From Squalus acanthias (taxonomy: Eukaryota), in the NCBI GenBank assembly GCA_030390025.1, contig CM059432.1, positions 2,976,001-3,040,000 of the forward strand: DNA of 64,000 bases. The letters are read 5' to 3'. Of this stretch, positions 37,457 to 51,527 are shown one piece after another. Under the pieces are notes generated by a model. It had not been told where the DNA came from and ran no database searches. It saw only the letters and a list, made by a program, of their open reading frames with translations. The translations under genes and the position numbers were made by a program. Positions within the stretch are counted from its first letter, which is position 1; the number at the start of each line of letters is the position of its first letter.

Positions 37457-37754
37457 GATACTGCTCTACCACACGTGCGACCTTGGCTTATTTACTGTTT
37501 GTTGTTCTCTCGCACGAACGTCACTGGCCATAGCACTCAGGTAGCAGTAACCAGGGGTACGAGCAAGGGTTCAACTCAATCATAGAATGATAGAAGACAG
37601 GAGGCCACTCGGCCCATCGTGCCTGTGCCGGCTCTTTGAAAGAGCTCTCCAATTAGTCCCACTCCTCCTGCCCTTTGCCCACAGCCCTGCAAATATTTTC
37701 CCTTCCAGTATTTATACTTCAGTAACTTAAGGGCTTGCAAGGTGCTTGCCCCAC

Positions 37755-38020
37755 ACCACTCACCCTCCCCTCCCTACCTTACCCTACTCTATCCTCCCCA
37801 TCCTACCTTAATTTACCCTTATCTTACTCTACCTTACCCTCTCTTCCCTTACCTTAACCTCCCCTCCCTTACCCTCCCCTCTCCTATCCTACCTGACCCT
37901 CCCCTCCCTTAACTTATCTTCCCTCCACTTCCCTCAACTTATCTTCCCCTCCACTTCCCTCCTTAACCTCCCCTCCCCTCCTTACCCTCCCCTGTCCTAT
38001 CCTACCTTACTTTACTACTT
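37755..38020. repeat. Pyrimidine-rich low-complexity tract (CCCT/CCTTA)
   Basis: About 260 bp almost devoid of G on the + strand. Confidence 0.85.
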
Positions 38021-38638
38021 TTATAGGCATCGATAATGTTTTATTAATGGCCCTACCATTGGCGGCCGTGCCTTCAGCTGCCTGGGCCCTAAGCTCTGGA
38101 ATTCCCTCCCTAAACCTCTCTCCCTCTCTCCTCCTTTAAGACACTCCTTAAAACCTAACTCTTTGACCAATCCATTGGTCACCTGCCCTAATATCTCCTT
38201 ATGTGGCTCGGTGTCATATTTTGTTTGATAATCGCTCCTGTGAAGCACCTTGGAATGTTTTACTACGTTAAAGGCGCTGTGTAAATACAAGCTGTTGCTG
38301 TTGCTTCTTTCTGTCCACAGTTAGGAGATTTTCTGAAGAAAATTATTTCCTCCTTGCTTGACTCTCGATAGATTTAGAACCTGACCTTTCAGTTAAATGA
38401 TTTCACCAGGTGTTAATATAGACTGGCAAGCTAATCAGAACATTATGTTTTATTCCCAAACCCGCGACCTCCACCACATGGAAGGACAAGGGCAGCAGGC
38501 ACACGGGAACACCACTACCTCCAAGTTCCCCTCCGAGTCACACACCATCCTGACTTGGAAATATATCGGCCGATCCTTCATCGTCGCTGGGTCAAAATCC
38601 TGGAACTCCCTCCCCAACAGCCCAGGAATGAATTTTTA

Positions 38639-39820
38639 AACATAGAAACATAGAAGATAGGAGCAGGAGTAGGCCATTCGGCGCCTCGAGCCTGCTCCGC
38701 CATTCAATGAGATCATGGCTGATCATCCAAATTCAGTACCCTGTCCCTGCTTTCACCCCATATCCCTTGATCCCTTTAGCCTTAAGAAATATATCTAACT
38801 CCTTCTTGAATATATTTAATGAATTGGCCTCAACTGCCTTCTGTGGTAGAGAATTCCACAGGTTCACCACTCTCTGGGTGAAGAAATTCCTCCTCATCTC
38901 TGTCCTAAATGGCTTACCCCTTATCTTTAGACTGTGACCTCTGGTTCTGGACTCCCCGACCATCGGGAACATCCTTCCTGCATCTAGTCTGTCTAGTCCT
39001 GTTAGAATTTTGTAAGTTTCAATGAGACCCCCTCTCATTCTTCTAAACTCCAGCGAGTATAAGCCCAATCGACCCAATCTCTCCTCATACGTCATTCCTG
39101 CCATCCCAGGTATCAGCCTTGTGAATCTTCGCTGCACTCCCTCCATGGCAAGAACATCCTTCCTCAGATAAGGCGACCAAAACTGCACACAATACTCAAG
39201 GTGTGGTCTCACCAAGGCCCTGTACAACTGCAGCAAGACATCCTTGTTCCTGTATTCGAACCCTCTCGCTACGAAGGCCAACATACCATTTGCCTTCTTA
39301 ACCGCCTGCTGCACCTGCATGCTTACCTTCAGCGACTGGTGCACAAGGACACCCAGGTCTCGTTGCACTTCCCCTTCTCCCAATCTATTGCCGTTCAGAT
39401 AATAATCTGCCTTCCCGTTTTTGACACCAAAGTGGATAACCTCGCATGTATCCACATTATACTGCATCTGCCATGATTCTGCCCAATCACCCAACCTGTC
39501 CAAATCATCCTGGAGTTTCTCGGCATCCTCCTCACAGCACACACGCCCACCCAGCTTTGTGTCATCTGCAAACTTGGAGATATTACATCTCGTTCCCTCG
39601 TCTAGATCATTAATATATATTGTGAATAGCTGGGGTCCTAGGACCGATCCCTGCGGAACCCCACTAGTCACTGCCTGACACTCGGAAAAAGACCCGTTTA
39701 TTCCAACTCTTTGCCTTCTGTCTGCCAACCAGTTCTCTATCCAAGTCAATACCTTACCCCCAATCCCATGTGCCTTAACTTTACACGCTAATCTCTTATG
39801 CGGGACCTTATCGAAAGCCC
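38639..39820 (-). mobile_element. CR1 LINE 3' 1.2 kb with an intact reading frame
   Basis: ORF 38733-39848 (371 aa; FADD through the C-terminus) with a (TTCTATGT)n tail. Confidence 0.93.
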
Positions 39821-40961
39821 TTGCCATATTTCTGGATTCTTTGGGCATTTTTCCACAGATCTAGATGAGTTATTTTAAAACACGTTTTGTCTTAAATCTG
39901 ACCCTAATGGGGTTAGTTTGTCAGGACAGTCCTGTGCTAGGTTATGAATCCAAAGTCAGGTAGTTAAAGATACGAGTCGAAAGTTGTTTTTCCCAGAGAC
40001 CAAAGATTAAGCAATTTGCTGGCTTGCCTCTTTAAGTGATAAAGAAAGACCTTCTATGGCGCCTTTCACGACCTCAGGATGTTCCAAAGTATTTTTGAAG
40101 TGTAGTCACTACTGCAATGTAGGAAACACGGCAGCCAATTTGCACACAGCAAGGTCCCACGTACCGCAATGTAAAAATAACCAGATAATCTGCTTTTGTG
40201 ATGTTGGTTGAGGGATAAATATTGGCCCCAGGACACTGGGAGGAATTCCCCTGCTCTTCTTCAAAATAGTGGCCGTGGGATCTTTTACATCCACCTGAGA
40301 GGGCAGACGGAGCCTCAGTTTAACGTCTCATCTGAAAGACTGCATCGCTGACAGTGCATCGCTCCCTCAGTTACTGTCTAGATTATGGTCTCAAAATAGT
40401 CTCTTGAGAGAGTCTTGAAACCACGACCTTCTGACTCAGAGGGAAGTGTGCTGCCCACTGAGCCACGGTTGACACCTAGGAATATTTGGGATCCCAACAT
40501 CGAACCCTGAGACACTCCTCCCATTCCAACATCACTTTCTAATAAGTTCCCCCACCTCCATTTCCTTCAGTCAATTCTTTATTCACACCAGACTTTATAT
40601 TGAATCCTCACTGCTTTCCACTTTCACAAGGGACTTAACCAAAGACGCTTTGGCCATCAGAGTGCACCACGTCATATCTTTCTTCTTTTGTTCATGAGGG
40701 CATTGCTTTCTCAAAATAAGATTAAGGAAGTTGGTCAGACAGGAACTTCCTCCTTCTAAGATGACTATATTTACTGAATGATTCTCATACAGATAATTCC
40801 AAAGTTTGGCCCTGATGATTGATTCCATTATTTCACCAGAGATTGATGGTTCAGTAGATGCCCAGATCAGATTTGTCCTCATTCTTGAGTTATGAGAACA
40901 TAAGAACCAGAACGAGGAGTAGGCCATGTGGCCCCTCGAGCCTGCTCCACCATTCAATAAG

Positions 40962-41466
40962 ATTTTTTTTTAATTTATTCGTTCACAGGATGTGGGCGTC
41001 GCTGGCAAGGCCAGCATTTATTGCCCATCCCTGATTGCCCTTGAGAAGGTGGTGGTGAGCTGCCTTCTTGAACCGCTGCAGTCCGTGTGGTGAAGGTGCT
41101 CCCACAGCGCTGACTTTGTTCGTAGCGGTTTGATCCAACTGAGTGTCTTGCTCGGCCATTTCAGAGGGTAGTTAAGAGTCAACCACATTGCTGTGGGTCT
41201 GGAGTCACATATCGGCCAGACCGGGTAAGGGCAGCAGATTTCCTTCCCTAAAGGACATTAGTGAACCAGATGGGTTTTTCCCAACAATCTGGTAGTTTCA
41301 TGGTCACCATTACTGATACTAGCTTTTTAATTCCAAATTTATTTAATGAACTGACTTTAAATTCCCCAGCTGCCAGTGGTGGGATTTGAACTCATGTCTG
41401 CTGGATTATTAGTCTAGGCCTAACTGGATTACTAGCCCAGTGACATAACCACTATGCTACCGTACC
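40962..41466 (-). mobile_element. Bipartite SINE-like element (tRNA-like head and body joined to the 3' tail of the LINE at 1306-9170), inserted in a CR1 tail
   Basis: 41118-41466 matches 4222-4286 plus 8886-9170, and 40962-41112 matches 1306-1452. Box A TAGCATAGTGG and box B GAGTTCAAATCC. The host CR1 is split at CAATAAGA|TCATGGCTG. Confidence 0.82.
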
Positions 41467-42629
41467 GTATCATGGCTGAACTTCTACATCAACTCCATTT
41501 TCCCGCCCTATCCTTTGATTCCTTTAATGTCGAAAAATCTATCGATCTCAGCCTTGAATATACTCATCGATTCAGCATCCACGGCCCTCGGGGGGCAGAG
41601 AATTCCAAAGATTCACAACCCTCTGAGTGAAGAAATTTCTCCTCATCTCGGTCTTAAATGGCCGACCCCTTTACCCTGAGACTGTGACCCCTGGTTCTAG
41701 ACCCTCCAGCCAGGGGGAAACATCCTCTCAGCGTTACGGGTACTGTGCTAGCTTCTTTCGACACTGGTCATAGGGGCTTTTAAGCGGAAGCTAGATAAGT
41801 AAATGAGGTGAAAGGAAAGCCCTTGCTTTGTTCTTCTTGAAACTGTGTGGCTGGGATGTTGGTCCTGGGCAATCACGAGTCCCAGATCATATTGAATTTA
41901 ATCATGTTGTGCTCGCTATCACCCTGAGGTGCTTCAACTTCCAATTTCTGCACACTGCTGCTTCAATTCCTATTACTAAGTTGAGCTGAGATCGGTCCTC
42001 CTTTGAGGCGCTGGGCAACGAAGCAATCATGCGTTACGTTTACCAATTCCGACTTCAAACCACCCGGGCAGTCGGTTTGCCTGAAACTGCATCTTGGAGC
42101 TACTAATGAAGAACTCTTCGAGACCTGAGAAGATGAGATGAGACCAGGTCCAGTGAGACAACAGGACCAAACTCTCCCGGGTGTACCGGCCGCACAAATT
42201 GGTCGGAGTCACATTCAGACAGAAAAGACATTTAAATCAGCGTCCTGAACTAAACAGTAAATCAATTACTCATCAGCACAGGAAGGGCCCAGAATTCTAG
42301 ACAACATTTAATCTGTCAGCAGATTATCGAGCTTGATCTATTTGGTTACAAAACCATTTAACCGGCGGTTAGTTTTGAGGACAGATATTAGATGGTGTCA
42401 TGTTGATCACAGCTACTGAAAGTTATTTTTTTTTTGCTATCTTAGCATCAGAGTATGATACAGCACAGAAGGAGTCCATTCGGCCCATCGTGCCTGTGCT
42501 GGCTCTTTGGTAGAGCTATCCAAATAATTCCACTCCCCATAATGCAGTCATTTTTTTTCCCTTCAAGTATTTATCCAATTCTCTTTTGAATGTTATTATT
42601 GAATCTGCTTCCAGGCAGTGCATTCCAGA

Positions 42630-43905
42630 TTCAGTCTCCTTACCTAAGGAAGGATATACTTGCCTTCGAGGGAGTGGAACAAAGGTTCACCAGACTGATT
42701 CCTGGAATGAGGGGATTGTCCTATGAGGAGAGATTGAGGAGACTAGACCTATATTCCCTACAGTTCAGAAGAATGAGAGGTGATCGCATTTAAACATATA
42801 AAATTCTTAAGGGGATTGACAGGGTAGATGCTGAGAGGTTGTTTCCCCCTGGCTGGAGAGTCTAGAACTAGGGGACATAGTCTCAGGATAAGGGGTCGGC
42901 CATTTAAGACTGAGATGAGGAGGAGTTTCTTCACTCAGAGGGTGGTGAATCTTTGGAATTCTCTGCCCCAGAGGGCTGTGAATGCTGAGTCTTTGAGTAT
43001 ATTCAAGACAGAGATCGATAGATTTTTACATCGGATTACACAGGATATACAGCACAGAAACAGGCCATTCGGCCCAACCAGACCATGCTGGTGTTTATGC
43101 TCCACTCGAGTCTCCTCCCGTCTTTCCTCATCTAACTCTATCAGCATAACCCTCTATTCCCTTCTCCCTCATATGCTTGTCTAACCGCCCCTTAAATGCA
43201 TCTATACTATTCGCTTCAACCACTCCCTGTGGAAGCGAGTTCCACATTCTCACCACTCTTTGGGTAAAGAAGTTTCTTCTGAATTCCCTATTTGATTTCT
43301 TGGTGACTATCTTATATCGATGGCCTCTAGTTATGTTCTTCCCCACAAGCGGAAACATTCTCTCTGTATCCACTCTATCAAAACCTTTCATAATTTTAAA
43401 GACTTCTATTAGGTCACCCCTTAGCCTTCTTTTTTCAAGAGAATAGAGACCCAGCCTGTTCATCCTTTCCTGATAGGTATACCCTCACATTTCTGGTATC
43501 ATCCTTGTAAATCTTCTCTGCACCCTCTCCAGTGCCTCTATATATCCTTTTTATAATATGGCGACCAGAACTGTACGCAGTGTGGTCTAACCAAGGTTCG
43601 ATACTGAGTTTAGCATAACTTCCCTACTTTTCAATTCTATCCCTCTCGAAATAAACCCTAGTGCTTGGTTTGCTTTTTTTATGGCCTTGCTAACCTGTGT
43701 CGCAACTTTTAGTGATTTGTGTATTTGTACTCCGAGATCCCTTTGTTCCTCTATCCCACCTTTTGGATACTAAGGGAATCACGAGACATGAGGATCGGGT
43801 GGGAAGGTGCAGTTGAGGTCGAAGATCAGCCTTGATCTCATTGAATGGCGGAGCGGGCTCAAAGGGCCGAATGTCCTACTCCTGATCCTATTTCTTATGT
43901 TCTTA
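42630..43905. mobile_element. CR1 3' fragment (+) interrupted by an antisense CR1 3' fragment (about 43035-43760)
   Basis: ORFs 42590-42793 and 42828-43184 (+) and 43128-43463 (-). The + element resumes at about 43761 (TTTTGGATACTAAGGG). Confidence 0.85.
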
Positions 43906-46189
43906 TATTATATTGATATTTGCCTTACCATGTTGCATCTGTTGGAAAGTAACTTTGAGTGAAAGAAAGAAAGAATTTGTAATTATACAGCGCCTTTCAT
44001 GACCTCAGGATGTCCCAAGGCACTTTACAGCCAGTGAAGTACTTTTGAAGTGTTGTCACTGTTACAATATAAGGTGAATTGTGTCAAGTATTAACGTGTA
44101 AAATTAACTGGCGTTTAACTGAAAATTCTCATCGGGTCACAGTACAGTTTTAAAATGGTTGGCGATCTTCATTTCAGGCTTTTCAATCATTTTTATGTGT
44201 AGGTGAAGAGACAGAGTTATAAGTTCACCGGGGTATAATCAACTCTAGACAGAGTTTTGAAATGGATATTTCCTACAACATCATCGACAGCACAGAAACA
44301 GGCCATTCGGCCCAACTGCTCCGTGCCGGTGTTTCTGCTCCACACCAGCCTCCTCCCACCCCTCTTCATCTCACCCCATCACCATGTCCCTCTATTCCTT
44401 TCTCCCTCATGTGTTTATCCAGCTTCCCCATAAATGCATCTATACTATTCGCCTCAACCACTCCCTGTGGTAGCGAGTATCTTGCAAAATCACCGACACA
44501 CACACGTCCGATTTGCACGCCTCCGTTAATTGGCGCAGATTTGAGGTATAAAAACATTGGCACTATAACAGTAGCCAGGCACTTTCCGTTTGGAGAGCTA
44601 TTCGGATGGGCATTACGTGATGGAGGAATCAGCCAGGGACGAGGCGTATTTTGGACCGGGGTCCTCGTTATAAAGGCAGCTCGCCAATCTGGAGTCATAA
44701 AATGAGGCAGGTGTGGCCAAATATTAAGGGCTTGCAGCAGCAACTTAGGAACATAGGAACAGGAGGAGGTCATTCAGCCCCTTGAGCCTGTTCCGCCATT
44801 CAATTAGATCATGGCTGATCTGTATCTTAACTCCATCTACCCGCCTTGGGTCCGTAACCCTTAATATCATTGCCCAATAAAGGTTTATCAATCTCAGTTC
44901 TTAATTTTATAGCTGACAGTTCCTCAGGAATCACATGTTTCGATGTCACACTCTCCCACTATTTGTTTTACTTTTATTATTCATTCTTGGGATGTGGGCA
45001 TTGCTGGCAAGGCCAGCATTTATTGACCATCCCTAGTTGCCCTCGAGAAGCTGGTGGTGAGCCGCCTTCTTGAACCGCTGCAGTCCGTGTGGTGAAGGTA
45101 CAGCTTTTTGGGGAGAAATAAAACGTCCCAGGGTGCTTCACAGGAGCGATTATCAGACAAAATTTGACTTCGAGCCACATGAGGAGATATTAGGACAGGT
45201 GACTAGAAGCCTGGTGAAGAGCATCTTAAAGGAGTGAGAGAGGTCGAGAGCCGGAGAGGTTTAAGGAGGGAATTCCAGAGCTTAGGGCCTGGGCAACTGA
45301 TAGTCAGTTGTAATCATCTGGCCACAGACACCACAAGCTGGCAAGAGGCAATTTATAAGCGAAGGTGAATACAATAGGTGTTGCTGTGTGGGAAAGGTAT
45401 GGAAGCATTTTTATTCGTAATTACCACTGCAGATTTTTTATTTCTTCTTTGCGAATGGAATCCCAAACCGGACGTGACGTCCCTGAATACTTAAATCTCA
45501 ATTCCAATTCCCAGTCTGAGTGTAAACGAGGGGCTGGAGCGAAGTCGTGTCTCGGTGGGTTAAATTTCCTTTCAATGGCCAGCTGGTGAAATCCCAAACC
45601 CGCGACCTCTACCAACTAGAAGGACAAGAGCAACAGGTGCGTGGGAACAAGTTCCCCTCCAAGTCACACCCACCATCCCGACTTGGAAATATATCGGCCG
45701 TTCCTTCATCGTCGCTGGGTCAAAATCCTGGAACTCCCTCCCTAACAGCACTGTGGGAGTACCTTCATCACATGGACTGCAGCGGTTCAAGAAGGCGGCT
45801 CACCACCACCTTCTCAAGGGCGATTAGGGATGGGCAATAAATGCCGGCCTTGCCAGCGACGCCCACATCTCAGGAATGAATTTTAAAAAAATTCGAAGAA
45901 GAGCAGGGGAGTTCTCCCCGATGTCTTATCCAATATTTATCCCTCAACCAACACCTAAAACTGATTATCTGATCATTATCACATTGCTGTTTGTGGGACC
46001 TTCGGCCCAACTGGTCCATGCCTGTGTTAATGCTCCACACGAGCTTCCTCCCACCATACTTCAACTCGACAATCCCGCTTGATCGGCACCCCATCCACCA
46101 CCTTAAACATTCACTCCCTCCACCACCGGCGCACCGTGGCTGCAGTGTGTACCATCTACAAGAAGCGCTGCAGCAAGTCCTGATCGGTT

Positions 46190-46850
46190 CAATACAAACT
46201 CAGCAGGTCAGGCAGTAACTGTGGAGAGAGAGAGAGGGAGAGAGAAAGTTAACCTTTCAGGCCGATGACCTTTCATCAGATGTTCAAGATTTAACAGTTT
46301 TTAAGCAAGTGCAGAGCTAGGGAAAAGGGAGCGGGGGGGGTGGGGGGGGCGGGGGGGAGGGGAAGAACAAAAGGGACGGTCTGTGATGGGGTGGAGGGCA
46401 GGAGAGATCAAATGACAAAAGGGGTCATGGTGCGAGGCAAAAGGGGGGGGGGGGGTTAATGGGGCAAATAAAAAAACTAAAGCTGGGTCTAGAGGAGGTG
46501 TAAATGCCAACAGCAGAATAGCAGAAAGGGAGGGAAGCGTGGAAACTCTTGCAAAGCGGACAAGGCTCCTGTGGCCCGTGAATGTGGCAGAGAAAGCGGG
46601 GGGGTAGACCCAAGGACTGCAGACCACCCCACCGGCCGTGCACTGATAGGGGATCCCCATCCCAAGCACCAGCCCGCACCCCCTCCACTCCCACTGGCTC
46701 TGGTGCAGCCACGTTCCATTACCAGCCCTACCAGTCCGAGAGGGAATGGGAACAGTGGTTAACGATCTAAACTCACTGAAGCCAATGTTAAGGCCCATAG
46801 GCTGCGAAGTGCCGTATAGAAAGATGAGATGATGTTCCTTGAGATGCAGC
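46190..46850 (-). mobile_element. Penelope-like remnant (second copy, with an internal insert)
   Basis: Reverse-complement similarity to 17590-18010 at both ends. Confidence 0.7.
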
Positions 46851-47904
46851 TGGCTTTGAACATTTTAGAAGTCCTTCCAATATTTTCTTCGTACCCATGA
46901 AGGTTTTATTTTTAATTACAAGCTCCTTGTGGTATCACATAGTGTCACATACTACATATCTCATGGACTAAAGGCCGCATAACTGGACCACATCGTCACA
47001 TGGTGCCTTTCATCTGTACCTTGGCTTGGTGGACGCAAAACTAACACTGGTGAACTACTAGTTTACAATAACAACAACTTGTATTTATATGGCGTCTTTA
47101 ACGTAGAAAAACATCCCAAGGTGCTTCACAGGAGCGATTATCAGACAACATTTGACACCGAGCCACATACGGAGAAATTAGGGCAGGTGACCAAAAGCTT
47201 GGTCAAAGAGGTAGGTTTTAAGGAGCGTCTTAAAGGAGGAGAGAGAGATGGAGAGGTTTAGGGAGGGAATTGCTTTAGACCTACCTCCTGGATCCAGGGT
47301 CCCTAACTAACCCACCCACCGCTATCGGAGACCCCCTTACGAGGCCTCCGATCCCCACCAAGAGGCCTCCCCCCCCCGCCACCCACCCATGATGCTGAGG
47401 CCGGCCACAATTCTCCGGTGACTGGCCTCGATCCTCTCTCCCCCGCCCCCCTGCTGATCCTTGGCTGACCCCCCCACCACTGTTGATTCCCCGATCCTCC
47501 GGCCGAACCCCCACCGCCCCCCCCGTTCGCCAACCCCCCAGCTGATCCCTGAGCCAGCTGATCCCTGAGCCAGCTGATCTCTGACTCCACCCCCCCCCAC
47601 CCCCGCGATCCCCCAGCCAGCCAATCCCCGACCCCCCCCACCCCACCCCGGATCCCTTCCCCGGACCAACCCCTCGCTCCCTCTCCACAACTGAAGCCAG
47701 CCCGCCTCTCAATCTGGCTGGCTGCGGCCGGGAATCCGAGGCCTCACATGCAAATCAGGCCCTGCTGTTAAAGTCGGCAGGGCCTGTGGGAAACCAGTCC
47801 ATCCGTGTTTCCCACCTGCCTCGGAGGCACCCCGCCCCCAACCCGCCTCCTTTGAGAAAATTCCAGTCGATGTGCTTCCTATTAATCCTTATCCAGATAG
47901 CCAA

Positions 47905-48427
47905 GCCTGCTTAAGGAAGGATATACTTGCATTGGAGGCAGTTCAGAGAAGGTTCATGAGGTTGATTCCTGAGATGAAGGGGTTGTCTTATGAGGAAAGG
48001 TTGAGCAGGTTGGGCCTATACTCATTGGAGTTTAGAAGAATGAGAGGTGATCTTATTGAAACATATAAGATTCTGAGGGGCTTGACAGGGTAGATGCAGA
48101 GAGGATGTTTCCCCTCGTCAGGGAATCTAGAACTAGGGGGCATAGTCTCAGAATAAGGAGTCGCCCATTTAAGATGGAGATGAGGAAGAATTTCTTCTCT
48201 CGGAGGGTCGTGAATCTTTGGAATTCTTTACCCCAGAGGCTGTGGAGGCTGAGTCAGTGAATATATTCAAGGCGGAGATAGACAGATATTTGAAATACAG
48301 GGAAATCAAGGGTTATGGGGAGCGGGCAGGAAAGTAGAGTTGAGGTCGAAGATCAGCCATGATCTTATTGAATGGCGGAGCAGGCTCGAGGGGCCGTATG
48401 GCCGACTCCTGCTCCTAGTTCTTATGT
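47905..48427 (+). mobile_element. CR1 3' fragment
   Basis: LRKDILALEAVQRRF...RRMRGDLIETYK and a CR1 tail. Confidence 0.88.
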
Positions 48428-49197
48428 ACAGAGTCCCCAGTCCTTCTTCCACCCATCAGAACGTATGGCCTCTGGTGAGAGAAGGTGCATAGCACACCTG
48501 CCCATTTGTGTTTGGCGTGTTAAGATGCCAGGTAAATAAAAGTTTGGCATCACAAGATGCAACTCCTGCCATTTGTATACCTGTGTGTCCCTAGTTTGAA
48601 GAAAGATAGAAAACTTGCATTTCTATAGCACCTTTCACGACCACCAGATGTCCCAAAGTGCTTTACTGCCAATGAAGTACTTTTGAAGTGTAGTCACTGT
48701 TGTAATGTGGGAAACGCAGCAGCCAATTTGCGCACAGCAAGCTCCCACAAACAGCAATGTGATAATGACCAGATAATCTGTTTTAGTGATGTTGATTGAG
48801 GGATAAATATTGGCCCCAGGACACCGTCTTTTACGTCCACCCTGAGAGAGCAGACGGGGCCTCGGTTTAACGTCTCATCTGAAAGATGGCACCTCCGACA
48901 GTGCAGCACTCCCTCAGTACTGCACTGTGAGCGTCGGCCTGGATTTTTGTCTCTGGAGTGGGTCTTGAACCCACAACCTTCTGACTCAGAGGCGAGACTG
49001 CGGCCCACTGAGCCACAGTTTCCATCGTTGTTAAAGGTATTTGGAGGACTTAAAAATTTAAAAGGCCAGGGTTTGCCTACAGCAATTAATCGCAGAGTGA
49101 TCACTTGTGTTAGGGGGGGGGGGGGGAGGAGTCCAAAACGGCCGATTAAAAACTGAAAACCTCAACAATTCTTGTGTCAGTGAAGGAAGCCCACTTC

Positions 49198-50018
49198 GGG
49201 CTGGATTTTCAATGACCCGTGGAGTCGGGTTTGGAGGCGGGGGTGGGGGGTTAAAGTTGCAGATTCGCGGGTCCCGACCCCATCCCGCCTCCATGCCAGT
49301 TTCTCTGGCGGCGGGTACCCGACCTGTGCTGAGACCCGACTCCCCGAGGCGGGAAGGGATTAGTGACAGTTAACTGCCTGTTAACAGGCAGTTTTTTGCA
49401 TAATCCCTATTTTCATTGCTGAAATGTGGGCTTCCCGACAGGTGGCCACCACGCCAAGTTATCGGGGCGGGCCGTGGGTCTGCAGGGGTTGAAGGGGTCA
49501 ATATGTCCGGTGGGCAGGTGAGTGATGGGTGCATGTGTGCAGAGGTAAGTGTGTAAGGTAAGTGCTAAGTATTGGAAAAAGTTTTACTTACCTTAACTTC
49601 CTCCTGCAGGTGTCAGCCCTTCAGTTCTCGGGAGTCAGAAATCTCACCGGCACAGAAAGCAGGAAAGCCGTGGTGCTGTCAAAAACTGCAGCCTTCTGTT
49701 TTCTGTGGTGGAATGATTTCTAACTCAGCCTGAAAGGAAGGACTGAAGTTAAAAATCATATTGTGAGTGTTTGACAGCACAGAGCTGTCAAACGCTGATA
49801 TTTCATCTGTCAAAAGCTCTTGACAGATGAAATGTCAATCTGTGACGTCACCTGTTGCCGGGTGGCCCTTAATTGGCCTGCTGAGCCCACTGGGCGGGCT
49901 CAACAAGGTCAATCAAGGGAAAATACAGTGGGTTGGCCACATCTCGATGGAGGCGGGTTCACAAGCCAGAATGTGTGATTCCCGACACCAACCTGACCCC
50001 AGATTCAAAATCCAGCCC
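49198..50018. mobile_element. Harbinger-like non-autonomous element
   Basis: TIRs GGGCTGGATTTTCAAT and ATTCAAAATCCAGCCC with 3-bp TSD TTC. Same ends as the 18175 and 52852 elements but a different interior. Confidence 0.85.
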
Positions 50019-50179
50019 TTCAAGTTTGTATATCTCCACCTGAGGAGGGCCACCCAGCTGTGGTGCGAATGGGGCAGGAAATTGCCCCATTATATAGGGG
50101 AATAGCCCAACGTCAAAAAAGTGGGTTGGGGGGTTGGGACACAACTAATGGGCAGTCACGAATCGTACCTCACCACTGT

Positions 50180-50436
50180 GGTCCCGATTTTAACTCCGGG
50201 TGGATTCCCCGCTCAGGCCCAAGTTAAAATTACAGTCGGGTCACAATGATGTCATTGGGCCGCAATACGCATATGTAAAGAAGGACCCCTGTTGGCTCCG
50301 GGCGCCTGTCCTCGCTGCCTGCTCAGGAGAGCGGGTTAAAATCGCAGACGTTGCGATCATGGCGGCTTTCGCCAGGGCGATTTTAACTGCCCGCCCGCCA
50401 GGTTTCTGCTGAGCGAGTTGGGTTAAAATCGCCCCC
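50180..50436. mobile_element. Short MITE, copy of 34970-35239
   Basis: High direct similarity to 34970-35239. Confidence 0.7.
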
Positions 50437-50486
50437 ACAGTGGCAGAACAAAACCAAAAGGAAATTGGAGGCCAATATTTCCCGAC

Positions 50487-50761
50487 TAGGGGTTGCCAAC
50501 TCCTCCAGGATTGCCCTGGAGTCTCCAGGAATTAAAGATTAGTCTCCAGGACACGGCTGCGAGCAAAAACCAGGGAGAAAAATCATAGGGACATTAAAAA
50601 AATTGTATGTCTGCTTCATTATCTGTGAATACTTTCACTTATTAGTTGTAAAAATATTGGAGATGGGTTAAAGAGGCTGCTCGACTGGGTGAGGCGGTTG
50701 GAGGTGGCAGGTCATGTGATAAAACCTCCAGGAATATGTCCAACCAGAGTTGGCAACCCAA
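50487..50761. mobile_element. hAT (Blackjack-like) MITE
   Basis: TIRs TAGGGGTTGCCAAC and GTTGGCAACCCAA, with degenerate 8-bp TSD TTCCCGAC/GTCCTGAC. Confidence 0.75.
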
Positions 50762-51527
50762 GTCCTGACTAACGAAGCAACAGGCTTCATGGGGGGGGGG
50801 GGGGGGGGAAATCTTATAATAGCTCATAAAAATATTATAACGGGAAGTGATCCAAGCAGGTGTTATTATGCAAGCAGCTGATTCTATTACCTACTGCATC
50901 AGCCGAGTGGTGTGATGGATTAAACACTGAGCTTTCACCACTGGGACCTGGGTTCAACTCCAGTCCAGAAGGATGGAATAACAATTCTGGCCTCTTGCGC
51001 ATCCCCCGATTTTCATCGCTCCACCATTGGCGGCCGTGTCCTCAGCTGCCTGGGCCCTCAGCTCTGGCATTCCCTCCCTACACCTCTCTGCCTCTCTCTC
51101 CTCCTTTAAGACGCTCCTTAAAACCTCCCTCTTTGACCAAGCTTTTGGTCACCTGTCCTCATATCTCCTTATGTGGCTCGGTGTCAAATTGTGTCTGATA
51201 AATCGCTCCAGTGAAGCGCCCTGGGACGTTTTACTGTGTTAAAAGCGCTATATAAATACAAGTTGTCGTTCTATTTGGTGGCTGTAAGAGCTCTATGTGA
51301 AATTTGCGATAAAGAGCATCAACCTAGATCCCCGTGAGCCTATACCCGAGGATAAAGTTGTATCTATTACAGCATGAATTAAAGTGGAACCTCCCTCAGA
51401 GAGGCTCTTGCCTAGTGTTCCAGTAGAAAGAGGTTCTCTCAACCGGGAATTAAGAGGCATTAAAATAAATTGGTTAACCTCTCTGTTAAGGGAGAAGAAT
51501 TTGGTACCAGTGCTATAACCCTCCGAG

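Noticed and set aside
42043..42125. Possible extra upstream AQP4 exon (ATG CAG TTT...ATT G|GTAAAC)
   Set aside because: The donor is phase 1, which is incompatible with the phase-2 exon-2 acceptor, and there is no homology support.
47281..47712. Gly-rich ORFs here and at 53672-54164
   Set aside because: They come from C-rich low-complexity interiors of related repeats and have no coding signature.
50900..50970. tRNA-like sequence (GCTTTCACC...GGTTCAACTCC), and tRNA-like heads elsewhere
   Set aside because: No complete cloverleaf or acceptor stem. These are SINE heads, not tRNA genes.
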